A stretch of DNA of 64,000 bases from Rhina ancylostomus (Eukaryota): assembly GCA_030265395.1 (NCBI GenBank), contig JARFYF010000094.1:47148742-47212741 (forward strand). The letters run 5' to 3'. A program made the translations under genes and the position numbers. Below are positions 11,670 through 24,431 of this stretch, piece by piece. The notes beneath the pieces are model-generated. The model did no database searches. It was not told the origin of the DNA and saw only the letters and a list, made by a program, of their open reading frames with translations. Within the stretch, counting starts at the first letter, position 1; the number at the start of each line of letters is the position of its first letter.

Positions 11670-14098
11670 AATTACCAGATTGGTAATCTGGAGGCTTGGA
11701 CTAACAACCAACTATTCAACAGAAAAATCAGGCAACAGAGTAATTTAGATTGAGAGAGTTCAATGATTTAATAAGACTGCTGGAAGTTTATAAAAATTAA
11801 TCTGATTTACTAACACCCTACAGGGAAGGAACTCTGCCTCATCTGGTCTGGCTATCATATTACTCTAGGTATTAACTGCCCTCTGGAGCCTAGTAAGCAA
11901 TTCATTTGTATTAAAAACTTCAACATTGATTCCTAATGAGCATGAAACCAGATGAACCACCTGGCCTAGACATTGGATTCAGACAAGCAAAAATTACTAC
12001 CAGTCCAAAAAACCTTGGCAAATTCTCCTCATGGGCAGCTTTGGGACTACTGTCTAAACTGCTCATAGACTAGTCAAGCAACAATCTTGTTTAATAATAT
12101 TCATAGAATTATAACCTACAACCAGATAGTACTTCATCATAATCTCCAGGTATGTCTTATCCCATGGACAGGACAGCCCAACAGGGGTGGCAGCATAGAC
12201 CAAAGAGAGTGAAACTGGGAATCCTCAACATTAACTACAAACTCAAAAATTCCATTGGCGTCAGTTCAAAGCAGGCTAGCAAACACCTAGCATCCTTCCT
12301 AAACTGATAAATCACATAGAAGAAGCACTATGTATAGAAATGGCACAAAATATACATTGGGATGGAGGACGTCATGGTCCATCAGCAAGAATGGCTTCAT
12401 AGCAGCACCACAGATTGAGCCAGCTAAGTCCTGAAGGCAACTGCCAGCCTGGATCTGTAACAGGTTCTGAGAGAACTGAGATGAGGGTTAAACCGATACA
12501 ATATAGTCANNNNATAGTCATTACTAACATATCTACTACAAATACTTCTGTCAATGACAGTATGGTAGGAATGAGCAACTACATTATCACCGTGGAGTCC
12601 CATCTTCACGTGGAGGACACCCTTAATGGGATACAGCGCAGCTGGCAGCTCAAAACTAGCCAATAATGCAGCACTATGGATGATCATCAGCTGTAAACAA
12701 TTATTTCACCAAAATCTGTAACTTCATGGAAGAGTGCAGAAGGGCATGTCAGGAGCAGCACCAAGGATATCCTAGACTGTTAAAGTTTCAGCACAGCAAA
12801 ATATATATGTGCTAAATAGCAAGAACATCATGCAATAGACAGAGCTTTGTGAGCCCAGATCAAAGCTCTGTAATTCTACCACTTCTAGTCATGAATAGTG
12901 GTAGCCAATTAAACAGCTAACAGGAGGAGGAGACTCCAAGAATATCCCCATCCTTAGTGATAACTGAACCCAGAATGTGAGTGCCAGAAACAAGTTTCCT
13001 CTGCAGCCATGTTCAGCGAAAACTGTTGAATGGTTTATCCTTCTCCACTTCCAAATCCCCATCATCACAGAAGTCAGTCATCAGCCAATTCAATTCATTC
13101 CACATTATAGCAGGAAACATCTAAGAGCATTTGACACAACATAAGATCTGGAACCAGACAACACCCAGTCACAGTACTGAAGATTGCATTACAGAACCAG
13201 TGGTGCGTCTAGACAAACTGTTGTAGTAAAATTACAAACTTAGCATCTAAACAACAATGTTGAAGATTGCTCAGCGATGTGTCTTCCTCAAAAAGTTGAA
13301 TAGATCCAACACAGCTTATTTCCTTCCAATCATTCTACCTTCTGTCTTCAGCAAAGTGAGGGTTTAACCAAACATCCATTATATTAAATAGTATTACCAT
13401 TTGATTCTCCCACCATTAACATCCTGGTGGTCACAATGGACCAAAAATTCAACTGCACCGGCCATGTAAATACTGTGACTATAAGAACAGGTCAGAAGTT
13501 GGAAATTCTAATCAAAGTTACTCGCCTCTTGACTCCTCAAAGCCTTTTTCACCATTTAAAATGCAGTCATGAGCATGATAGAATAATCTTAACTTACCAG
13601 GATGATTATAGCTCCAAGGACATTAAAGGAGTTTGACACCATCCAGGCCAATGCAGCCCACATGATTGACATCCACAGTTTATCCCATGAAGATTTATTT
13701 CCTCCACCGCTAGTACATTGTTTTTGCAGAATTTAAAGAATGAATGACAGTACTTCATACAAAGAATGCATGACAGTACTTACCAAGTCTATTTATTCAG
13801 CACCTTCCAACATGTGACCACAAATACAAAAAACAATTGGAGCAGGCACAAGAGAGCACCACTGCTCTTCAGTTCACCTCCAAGCCACACGGCATCCTGA
13901 TTTGGAAATATCGAGCTTGTCTTCATTGCTGCTAGGTCTAAAGGACAAAACTTTCCACCCAATAGCATTGTAGAGTGTTTTCACCACCAAGCACTGCAGC
14001 ATTTCAAGAAAATGGTTAACCACTACCTCCTCAAGAGCAATTAGAGATCAGCAATAAATGCTGTGCTAGCCAATGAGATATCCCATTAATGCAAAAAA
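11670..14098 (+). mobile_element. Decayed CR1/L2-type LINE with Deu/SacSINE-like 5' region and 3' tail
   Basis: 5' Deu-like block (ctaacaccctacagggaaggaactctgcc...ctggtctggct...taactgccctctg), endonuclease relics (acattatcaccgtggag), RT relics, and the tail ctcaagagcaattagagatcagcaataaatgctg...cccattaatgcaaaaaa. Confidence 0.65.
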
Positions 14099-14768
14099 CT
14101 TTTCATCCACTCAATGTATGTTATTTTCATTGACAACATTTTTGTTGAATAATTGATAACAGGTACTTATTATGTTTATCATTTGCATGCAAAAAAAATT
14201 TTCCAATTGAAAAGGATAAGAAACTTCCAAAGGGTAGAAATCTGTCTTTAGTAGCTTGTACTAAATGCATGGTGTAATAAGAATAGCTGCTACCACATCA
14301 GGATTTTGTGCCAGTGACAGAATAAATTTCCACCCTTACGCATTCATGTATCATTTTCAAATGTCTTATATAGGTTAGGTTTCTTCCCTCTCTAGTATTG
14401 TTGACTATTTCTGTGATATGTTCCAAGTGCATCATGCAGCTACGTACAATAGAAATCTGAACATTCCAAAATTGAAATTGGCCAATGTCTTGGAATTGTT
14501 CCTTTCCTGTCAATCAGCAAAAACACAGATAAAATATTTAAACCAACCTCAAGGTTAAAACCCAGAAAAAAGACAGGTTAGTGAATTTAGCATTCTTTAT
14601 TTTAACCTTTGATATTAATTCCCAAGGTTTCTGCACATGTATTACTGTGTGGATGCCAGTTTTTTTAGATAACTGACTTTTTTAACTAATGTCCCATGTT
14701 AAAACATGCATATTTAAGAATTTTGTGGTTATATTAGTGTTACCTGATTGCTCTGGTTTACATAACAG

Positions 14769-14909
14769 GTGCAGTGGGTCCATTGGATGACTTCTGCATC
14801 AGAAGTAGAAATTACACCAGAAACCAATTACTCTGACATTATCATTCCAACCCAGGACACCATACGCATGTCACATTTATTGTCGATGCTTCTAACCAAC
14901 AAGAAACCA
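14769..14909 (+). CDS. DNAH1: DNAH1 exon 5 of window
   Basis: aacag|GTG...AAACCA|gtaagt; VQWVHWMTSAS...IIIPTQDTIRMSHLLSMLLTNKKP; 141 nt. Confidence 0.94.
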
Positions 14910-15075
14910 GTAAGTTACTCTGTCAGTTTATTTGAGGAATGGAGTCCTCCAGTTGAATTGCACCGATGCATCTTGAAACAAGTCTAGGGAAGAAGTACCT
15001 GGCATTATTGCATATATTTAATAATATTGAAGTAGTAAGTTACAGTACAAGTTATCCAAGAAACCATAAATCAGA

Positions 15076-15270
15076 CAACACACAAGATGCTGGTGGAACT
15101 TAATGGGTCAGGCAGCATCTATGGAGGGAAATGGACAATCAATGTTTTGGGCTGAGAACCTTCATCTGGACTGAAAGACAAAGGGGAGATAGCCAGTATA
15201 AAAAGGTGGAGGGAAGGGGTGGAGCAAAAGCTAGCAAGTGATAGGTAGATCCAGGTGAGAATAGGTAAAT
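15076..15270. mobile_element. Penelope-like terminal repeat fragment
   Basis: acacacaagatgctggtggaact...caggcagcatctatggagggaaatggac...; degenerate hammerhead on the minus strand at 15138-15172. Confidence 0.65.
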
Positions 15271-16048
15271 CAGACATATTGACTTCAGTGATACACAAAT
15301 TAATCAGAACCTTGCTGAAGAAATAAAGAAAGAAACCTAGTCTGTGGGAATTTTTCTTGGCTAAACTCATTCAGTTCTTGGAAAAGATGACAAAGGACAA
15401 AAGAATAGACAGGGCACTATTGTAAATTTAGTATATCTAGATTTCCAAATAAATAAAATGAAGCACATGGAGGCATTAGAAATGCGGCAGTATGGACATC
15501 TACTTGTTTTCAAGACAGAATGGGTAGAAATTCACTGTAGGAGAAAGTGGAAAGTGGAATCCACATTGATCAGTGAGAGGACTATTGCTGTTCACAATTT
15601 ATGTTAACAATTTAGACCAGAATCAAAAATATATTTTCCAAATGTAGGATAACACTCTACTTATTCCACCAATTAATTACAATGTGACTCATCTGATCCT
15701 TAACTACATCTGTCCACGGGAATGTAATCTTTAAAATCCCTATTAATTTTACATTTTCATTTGAATTTGCCTAAAGATATAAACATACCAGTGAACTTAC
15801 AAAATTGGTTAATTTGTCTAGTTTAAATCAAAGGATCTTCTTCAAGTAATGCCATTTTCTGTAACATCTTTCTTACAAGAAAGGAGCCTAGAAAGCATCC
15901 AGAATTTTTTTTTGCTGGGATGTCATTGCTTATATTAAATGCATTATACTTTCCTATACTAATATTAGGAAGAGTATCTTCTGAATTTTGTTATTAATAT
16001 TCCCAAGCATCAATCTTGAAGCTTGTTATTTTATTCCATTCCCATAAG

Positions 16049-16209
16049 GTGCTATGTATTGGACCAACAGGAACTGGAAAGACCATTGTCATCTCTGATA
16101 AGCTTCTTAAAAAGATACATCCCGATTACATCTCTCATTTTATGATATTTTCGGCTCGTACATCTGCTAATCAAACACAGGATTTTATTGACAGTAAACT
16201 TGATAAGAG
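16049..16209 (+). CDS. DNAH1: DNAH1 exon 6 of window (AAA3 Walker A)
   Basis: cataag|GTG...AAGAG|gtaagt; VLCIGPTGTGKT (P-loop 16061-16084)...SARTSANQTQDFIDSKLDK; 161 nt, phase 0/2. Confidence 0.96.
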
Positions 16210-17765
16210 GTAAGTTTGTGGATAATAGTCCACAACACTAGGCTGTCTATGTCTATGACAGCCTAGTAAACTGCTAAGTTTGTTATAGCTTCCAAAATCA
16301 TAGAAACTTTAGTCAGATTTTCTATCAGTTTTGAGCACCACTAACTTCAGGTTACAGAGGATGAATGCATTGCTCTTGGATAATTGTGTACGATGCACAC
16401 ATTATATTTCCTACCATAATGCCTGCCCATCACTATGTATTGGAATATATGTGAATAATTATGATGTCATTCTAGTGCACCTAATTTCCAATATTCATCA
16501 TAATTTCTTTTGTTTTTCTATGCTTCTGGAAGCATATTGTTGTTTATGATAAGGTGTGGATGTGACCAACTAGCAAAATGCAAGTATTAAGAACAATGTT
16601 AATTTGATGATGCCCATGAGCATATGCTGGCATGTTCTCTGTAGCTCATGCCAAATTTCATAACATCAGCAGGTTGGAAAACATTGGCTGCTACCATCCT
16701 TCATGGGATCAATCAACCATGATGTTACTTAACTGACAATGGTACTTTGATGCCAACATTGATGGAGAGCAAACTCACGGAGAACCCAAATGCAGCACAC
16801 CGNNNNNNNNNNNNNNNNNNNNNNNNNNNNNNNNNNNNNNNNNNNNNNNNNNNNNNNNNNNNNNNNNNNNNNNNNNNNNNNNNNNNNNNNNNNNNNNNNN
16901 NNGCAATCAGTCCAGCATGGAATTCATGTGCTGGACAACAAGGCATTAATGGAGCCAAATGAGGGCCAGAACTCAGAACCATGACAAACATACCTCTGAT
17001 GCAGTAGATACCAATCCATTGCCAATGCATTAGTTAGATTACTTCAGCCACCTGTACAAAGAGGACTTTGAAATTGTTAAGGATGAAGAATCAGCCTCTT
17101 AAAATCAGTCCTTGTAGTGTGACTGGAGTGGGAGACAAGTACTGGGTGGGATGGGGATGGTCAAGCCGAGGCCTGCAAAGGCCATTGGGTTTAATGAAGA
17201 TATGGAAGGAGATTGCATCCTTCCACCTCAATTTAGGTGATTTTCTTTTGCATATTACATCTTTGAAGACAGTCTTCAGTGGTTATTTTGTCAGCTGATT
17301 ACGTCATATAATGGCTTGGTGTTCCTTAGCAGCCCCATTCTTTTCAAAGTGTTACTTTCACTTAGGGGTCCTGGATACTCATTCAGTGTTTACACCAATA
17401 CAGAAGGTGGTGATCTTCTGGTGCAGATTATCTGCATGCATGCTGATACCATAGGCAATACGGTGTGGAATTTATCCCGTAAAGATAGTGTAGAAGGATT
17501 GAGTTTCCAAGCTAATCTTGCTCTTGAGTAGAACAATTATCTGGAAACATTGGCTGAGCTCTACAACACCCCAACATGCGAAACTAAAGTTTTTCCTGCC
17601 TTTGATGTTGGAGGCAATGCAAAAGAGTAAGTAGCATATAAACATTAGCATGTTTACCATTTCCATTACTGACAAATTTAGACTAGTTTTACCCATCATG
17701 ATATTTCTTTAGGTCCTCTTTTAAAATATTATTTTTTTCTGATCACTTATGATTTTTTTCCTCAG

Positions 17766-17923
17766 GCGCAAAGGTGTGTATGGACCTCCTCTTGGAAAGT
17801 ATTTTATATTTTTCATTGATGACCTGAATATGCCAGCTCTCGAGACATATGGAGCCCAGCCTCCCATTGAAATCTTGCGACAATGGATGGATCATAAAGG
17901 CTGGTATGACAGGAAACAGATAG
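17766..17923 (+). CDS. DNAH1: DNAH1 exon 7 of window (AAA3 Walker B)
   Basis: ctcag|GCGC...ATAG|gtatgt; [50 protein letters not shown]; 158 nt, phase 2/1. Confidence 0.96.
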
Positions 17924-19602
17924 GTATGTTTTGACCTTTCTGTTCTGTTCTGCTATGCATTTATCTACTACACGGCCAGTAATAGTGACTATGAAACTAC
18001 CAGACCCACCTAAGTCATTAATGCCTTGAGATAAGTCATACCATCATTTTTCATCTGACTTTGAAAAAGCCTTTGATATCTTTCAGCAAGTTAAAGGGTA
18101 TTTGTGTTTGGATAATAAATGCTGGACGGAGATCGACTTCCACATTCCATGAGAAAAAAAGTAAATTTCTCACTGGCCTTGATCTTTCATCTTCTCACCC
18201 CAGAACCTGAAATTTCCCAGAAATTTCCCAGAAATTAAAGCAAATGTGCATGAACTGGCTGCCAGTGCAGAAAGAATAGCAGAAAATGTCATCAGTGTAA
18301 TATTAAAATAATAATGTAATATTAAAATAATAATAATTGGTGCAGCATTATTATTTCAAACTATTGATTGGTTTTCCTCAGCTTTGAGCTCTTCGGTTTC
18401 ATCTCATGGTTCAAATTTTCAAAGGTCTTGAAGAAATTCTTGGTACATCTTAAAACTGAGTGAGCAATAGAGAGAGAAACCAGATAATAAGTCCACAAAC
18501 ATGAACATCACTTTCTCTTAAGATTTCCAAATAGACATGTGTGTTGCCTTTTCACCCTGCTCTCCCATATCAGGCATCAGATAGGTGAGCAAGTCTGAAA
18601 TAGGAGTGTAGTCTGCCAATTAAACCCAAGTGCTCTGGGTATTGCCTTAGAAATGTGGCTCTAATAAAGATTATAAACAAATGCATTCACCAAGAGCTGA
18701 ATACTACACAAATCACATTTTCATAGATCTCTAGGAGGAGATGGTGTTCAACTGCATTTGTATAGTGAACAGTTAGAGGTGGAATTCATGATAATAAGAA
18801 GTAAATGTACTGAAAAACAGAGATGGTACATCTAAATAAGTACAGGAGAGTAAAGGAATAGGAGATAGTGAAAAGGTGAGATGAAATGAACTGGGATGAG
18901 GCTTATTTGAAGCACAAACCAGCATATACTACTTGAGTGAACAGCATATTTCTGTCCTGCAATACTATGTGGTTTTACCATTTGTTTTCAGGCCTCATCT
19001 CCAAGCTGCCAGAAACTGGGGTGACCTTCTAGTACATGGGTATGTTGTGGGGTTGATGCAAGGTCAGTGCTACAGGTTGGAGCTGCAGAGAAGAGCTTTC
19101 CTTTATGGCCCATCAAACACATCTACTGCTCTTCAACCCATAAGAAAACTCTTTAATGGTTTTATTGAACCAGGCATCCCCTGACGGTACACCAATTAGC
19201 TAATAATTAAAATGCTATTGGTTTTCTATGATGTAAGACCCCAGTATATCTGTGTTAATCATTAAGGCAAGTGTCTCACCCACCAAAAACAGGCCTAGTT
19301 AAAGTTGAAGTGGGTAGAGACATTGTGAGAAAAAGGCCTTAAGTTTTGGAAGATGATTTTAATAGTGTGCTTTCCCCCTTCCTGAAAGCTCAGGTGAGTT
19401 AAATTTGTCCCCTTAGAGTTAGTGAGAGTAATTGTGAAATGATTTTTCAAACCTTGTCAAAGATAAAGAAGACATGGGATTTCCCAGGAAAAGAATCTTA
19501 ATGGTGTGGAAAATATAGTATCTTTTCAGATTTTAAACTGGTAGGAATGTAATACTGAGTCAGATAGTTTTGCTCATATTTTACACATGCCCCATTTTGC
19601 AG

Positions 19603-19776
19603 GAAAGTTTAAGGAACTAATGGATATCAACTTTGTGTGTGCTATGGGACCACCTGGTGGAGGAAGAAACCCAATTACTGCACGATTCTCCCGTCATTTC
19701 AATTATTTGTCCTTTGTTGAAATGAATGACAGCAGCAAACTGAAGATATTTTCTACAATCTTGGATAGTTGGTTGG
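19603..19776 (+). CDS. DNAH1: DNAH1 exon 8 of window
   Basis: tgcag|GAAAG...TTGG|gtgagt; KFKELMDINFVCAMGPPGGGRNPITARFSRHFN...ILDSWL; 174 nt, phase 1/1. Confidence 0.95.
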
Positions 19777-20169
19777 GTGAGTTCCTCAGATAGAAATGAT
19801 TTCTTCTTTACGATTCAGTGAAAATATAGAAAATTAAATGGAATTTTAGAGGTGAGAAGTGGAAGATTAAAGACCCTGTGAGGGAACAATGAAATGTAAA
19901 AAGTGGAGTTGCAGAATCTTGCACTGCAGGAGGCAATTCATCCCATTATACCTGTCCCAGCTCTTTGAAGGACCTTGCAATTGACATTAGTCTTGCAACA
20001 ACCTCCCTCATAATTATTATCCAGTTCCCTTTTGAAAGTCACTATTGAACCTGCTTCCTCAATTTATTCTAGATCATAATATCCTATTTTGTAATATATT
20101 TTTTTAAAAGATCCTTCATAATCAGAAAATAAACCAAATTAGATTTTGATTTAAGATTATGTAGATTTC

Positions 20170-20850
20170 ATCATTATGTATAAATAATACCAGTGGGGTA
20201 CACCTAACAAGAAAGAATCTTCTGTAATTCAAGATTATATAAGAAAATTTGCAGACTTGACAGTTAAGAGGCAAAAAACCCATAATATTAAAAAAATGTA
20301 AATCATCCCACTTTCATAGAAGCAAATAGAAATATCACTTACTCCTTTAAAAGAAAAATCAATGGGGTAAAAGAACAAAGGAAGCTAAAATCATTAAAAG
20401 CAGCATCACTTGTTAGCAAAGAAATTAAATATCCTACCAAACCCCACCCAGAAATGTTAGATTAAATTCAAAAGCAGCAAAGCTACATTATACTTGGAGT
20501 ACTGCTCTCCTTGTCATAAAAGGGATATGGACACACTGGAAAAGAGATAAGAAGGATGGAACTGAATAATTATAGTTTTTGGGAAAAATTGTACAGATTG
20601 TAGCTTTTCCTTTAAAAAAGAGAAGACTTGGAGGAGTACTGACAGAAGTCCTTAAAGGATGAATGAGTCAGACAGGAGTAATACTCAAAAAATAGGTGCC
20701 ATAAATGCAAGCTAGTTTCTTACAAACAAAAACCATAGAACAATAATACAGCACAAAACAGGCACTTTGGCCCAATACAGGCCCTTCAGCCCAAGTAGCT
20801 TAGATACGTTCAAAAGGGAAATAGACAAAAGAGTAGAAAGGTAGGCTGAA
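20170..20850 (+). mobile_element. Highly decayed CR1 RT/3' fragment
   Basis: accagtggggtacacc (TSGV), cttggagtactgc (LEYC), agggatatggacacactgga. Confidence 0.5.
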
Positions 20851-21409
20851 TGATGTTTTTTTTAAGTATTGGCTTTCTTCTTAGTCAAATCAAAGCTATA
20901 AATATAAGTAAAATATTTTTACACTATTATTAATACAATTTTCTAAGTATCAAGCCCTGCTGTGCAGCATTGCTCAATAGGACCAGCGTTGAAGAACCAG
21001 GTGTGATTTGATGTATTTAAAAAAAAAGTCCAGAAACTCAGAGCTGTTTATCATGCCCAGGTCTCTAACCTTCACTCTCAATAAGCATCATGCTGCCAAA
21101 TTTATGATTCTTAAANNNNNNNNNNNNNNNNNNNNNNNNNNNNNNNNNNNAAACCAGAGTACATCCAGCACCCAAAGTAGTTCTGCTTCTTATATGTGCT
21201 TGATGATGACCTCCATATCTGGCCCTACTAGTGATTGTGAAGATAATGTGATTTACACTGGATTAAATATTCCCAAGAGTGCCTTCCTTTAATCCTGCCA
21301 GAGATCATGTGTTAATGGGGCTACTTGATTACATATGACAGATAGGTCCAAATGCCAGCCTAGGGACAGCTCTGACCACCACTGCCATCCTTTCACCTTA
21401 TGGATATAA

Positions 21410-22420
21410 TATGAGAAATAGGGCCAGAAGTTGGCCATATTGCCCCTTTAGCCTGTTCTACTTTTCAATAAGATAATGACCAATCTGAACACCATTTTAT
21501 TGCCTGTTTTCCCAGAACCTTTGATATTACAGATCAAAAATCAGTCTGTAAGGAAATAATTCAGCCTCCACAACTTTCTAGGGTTGGCAATTACAAAGAT
21601 TCAAATCACCATCGGAAGAAGAAATTTCTGCATATCTTAAATGACCCCTTATTCTGAAACTATGTCCGCTAATTCTAGATGCCTTCACAAGGTTAAATAT
21701 CCTCTCAGCATCTATCATGTCAAACCCATCAGAATCTTGTATCTTTTAATAATAACATCTCCCATTCTTCTGTAGTCAAGTCATTACAGGTCTAACCTGC
21801 TTACTTTTATCATGAAGGCAACCCCCTTCATCTTAGGAATCAATCTAGTGAACCTTCTCTGCCCTGTCTCCAATGTACCCACATCCCTCCTTAAATGGGG
21901 AAATTAAATCTGTACTCAATGTTCTGGGTGAGCTTTTGCCAATCCCCTGTAAAGGAGAAGCAAGACTTCTCTGCTCTTCTACTCCATCTCCTTTCCAATA
22001 AACCCCAACATATATTAATTTTTCTAATTACTTCATGTACCTGCATATAAACTTCCTGTGTTCCATGTATAGTTACCTCTGTACATTACCATTCTATAGT
22101 CTCTCTTCAGTTTGACAATGTTGTTGTTCTCTATTCTTCCCACCAAGGTAGACAGTCTTATATTCCCCACATTATATTTCATCTGCCAAATTTTGCCTTT
22201 TGCTTACATATATCTCTTTGTAAACTCTTTTGCATGCTCCCTACAACTTGCTTTCCATCTATCTTTATAGCATCAACAACTTTGGCTACATTATACTCGG
22301 TACCTTTGTCTAAGTTATTAATTGATTGTATAGATGGTAACTAGTTTGAGGCCCAGCTCTGATCCCTGTAGAACCTTACTAGTCACAGTTTGCTACCCTG
22401 AAAATGACCTATTATCCCGA
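21410..22420 (-). mobile_element. Decayed CR1 LINE 3' half
   Basis: 3' tail near 21415 and RT motif reverse complement ggcccagctctgatccctg (QGSELGL) near 22350. Confidence 0.7.
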
Positions 22421-22759
22421 ATCTCTGGAGGAGAGAATGTTATTGATTGTTCGGAATCTAGTTCCTACCCAATAATCAAGCTCACATGTGAAATGACTAT
22501 TACAATTAAAGAATATTTTCCAGAAAACATACTCTGTACTCACTCAGCTTATCAGCTGCCACAGAGCCACTGGATCTGTGTTCAATATCAGGACCAGGAA
22601 CTCCTGCCTTGAGAACCCTACCCCAATCTTCAACATTGCCCTTAACTTTGCTTCAAGGATGGACAGTGAAACCCAGCCAATCTATTGTGTGGTTTATTCC
22701 CAACATTAAAATGTGGCTATGAAGCTGTGTTAAAGTCTGGCTGCTTTTATGTTTAATAG

Positions 22760-22938
22760 GAAATGCTGAAGGGATCAAAAATCTGAATGAGCCACTTGTT
22801 AAAGCAACAATTGAAGTATACTCTACTATAATGTCCCAGTTGCTCCCAACTCCCGCCAAGTCGCATTACACTTTCAATCTACGTGATTTGTCCAAGGTCT
22901 TCCAGGGCATCCTCATGGCTGAATCAAGTAACACTCAG
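22760..22938 (+). CDS. DNAH1: DNAH1 exon 9 of window (AAA3 lid)
   Basis: aatag|GAAAT...ACTCAG|gtatgt; [59 protein letters not shown]; 179 nt, phase 1/0. Confidence 0.95.
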
Positions 22939-23059
22939 GTATGTTTGAGCCATGTCTGTACCTGTAGGCTGCCAAGACACAACATTCTCCTACCTCCTTC
23001 ACAGTCCCCAAACCAGTTGCTTCATATAACAGGTAGGTAAGGTTTTGAAAACTCATTTT

Positions 23060-23410
23060 TGATCTCTGGCCTTTGCTGACATTTATTGAGCATACCTACT
23101 TGCTTTGAGAGATTGGTCAGGCAGCCTTCTTCTTGATCTGCTGTTATATATTTGGAACTGCGTGATTTACTGGGCCACCTCAGAGGGCAATTTAGAATCA
23201 TCTATATTGGAGCAGGATTATAGACGAGACTAAATAAAGGAAGTAGGTTTTCATCCCTTAAGGACATTAGTGAACAAGTTGTATTTTTATGATAATCCAA
23301 TATCTTCAAGGATACGCACTGATACTAGCTTCTTAATTTTCAGATTTTCTAAACTGAATTGAAATACTGAAACTATCATGGTGAAATTAGAGATCATATT
23401 TTCTGCTAAG
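23060..23410 (-). mobile_element. SacSINE1/Deu-domain-like SINE, decayed
   Basis: gacatttattg (tail), cagagggcaatttaga, cccttaaggacattagtgaac (reverse complement of the Deu core). Confidence 0.6.
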
Positions 23411-23429
23411 GCATTATAAAAACATCAGA

Positions 23430-24150
23430 TTCAGGGTAAATTGGTTTATTATTGTCACATGTACTGAGATACAGTGAAAAACATGTCTTGCATGTCATTA
23501 ATACAGATCAATTGATACAGTGCATTGAGGTAGTACAAGGTAAAACAATACAGAATGCAGAATAAAACGTCACAGCTACAGAGAAAGTGTAGTGCAGGTA
23601 GACAATAAGGTGCAAGGTCATAACAAGGTAGATTGAGGTCAAGAGTCCATCATCATACTAGGGAGCTGTTCAATAGACAGTGGGATAGAAGGTGTCCTTG
23701 AGCCTGGTGGTACGTGCTTTTAGGCTCCTGTATCTTCTGCCTGATGGGAGAGGGAAGACGAGAGAACGTCTGGGGTGGGTGACGTCTTTGATTCTGCTGG
23801 CTGCTTTNNNNNNNNACGTGCTTTTAGGCTCCTGTATCTTCTGCCTGATGGGAGAGGGAAGAAGAGAGAACGTCTGGGGTGGGTGACGTCTTTGATTCTG
23901 CTGGCTGCTTTACTGAAGTAGTGAGAAGTATAGACAGAGTCCAAGGAGGGGAGTCTGGTTTCTGTGATGTGCTGAGCTTTGTCCACAACTCTATAGTTTG
24001 TTGCGGTCCTGGGCAGAGCAGTTGCCACACCAAGCTGTGATGCATCAGGATAAGATGCTTTCTATGGTGCATAAATAAAAATTAGTGAGGGTCGATGGGG
24101 ACATGCCATATTTTTTTTAGCCTCCTGAGGAAGTAGAGGTGCTGTTGAGC
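23430..24150 (-). mobile_element. Rex1/Babar-clade LINE 3' fragment
   Basis: Minus-strand peptide ...KAASRIKDVTHPRRSLFFPLPSGRRYRSLKAR; tail ttggtttattattgtcac. Confidence 0.75.
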
Positions 24151-24431
24151 TTAAATAGGGGCTTAGATTTAAGGTAACTGGTAGAAGAGTAGAGGATAGA
24201 TGAGGGGATCAAAAAGTTATTCAGAGGGTGGTAGCTGTGTAGTACTAACTGCCTGAAGAGGAAATAGAGGCAGAAATCCTCATCACATTTTTAAAAAAAT
24301 ACATGGATGTGTATCTAAAAATCTGTACCTGAAGAGCTATAAATCATGTATTGGAAGGTGGGATTAGATTAGATTACTTGTTAATTTGTCAATTTATTAA
24401 CTTCCTGGCTTGATGAAATGAGGACATTTAA

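Noticed and set aside
16560-17000. Possible second Harbinger transposase remnant on the + strand
   Set aside because: Only vague fragments (FHNIS…IG, NPNAAH) and interrupted by an N gap; too weak to call.
18209-18333. Short tandem duplications (gaaatttccca x2; tgtaatattaaaataataa x2)
   Set aside because: Ordinary slippage duplications; no spacer structure, so not CRISPR-like.
19843-19895. GEKWKIKDPV stretch as the candidate missing micro-exon
   Set aside because: The AG…GT segment is 28 nt (frame-breaking) and the similarity to the mammalian insert is limited to GEK.
23711-23910. ~95-nt direct duplication either side of a short N gap
   Set aside because: Near-identical copies (one substitution) abut the gap; typical unmerged contig overlap or haplotype artefact, not a real tandem repeat.
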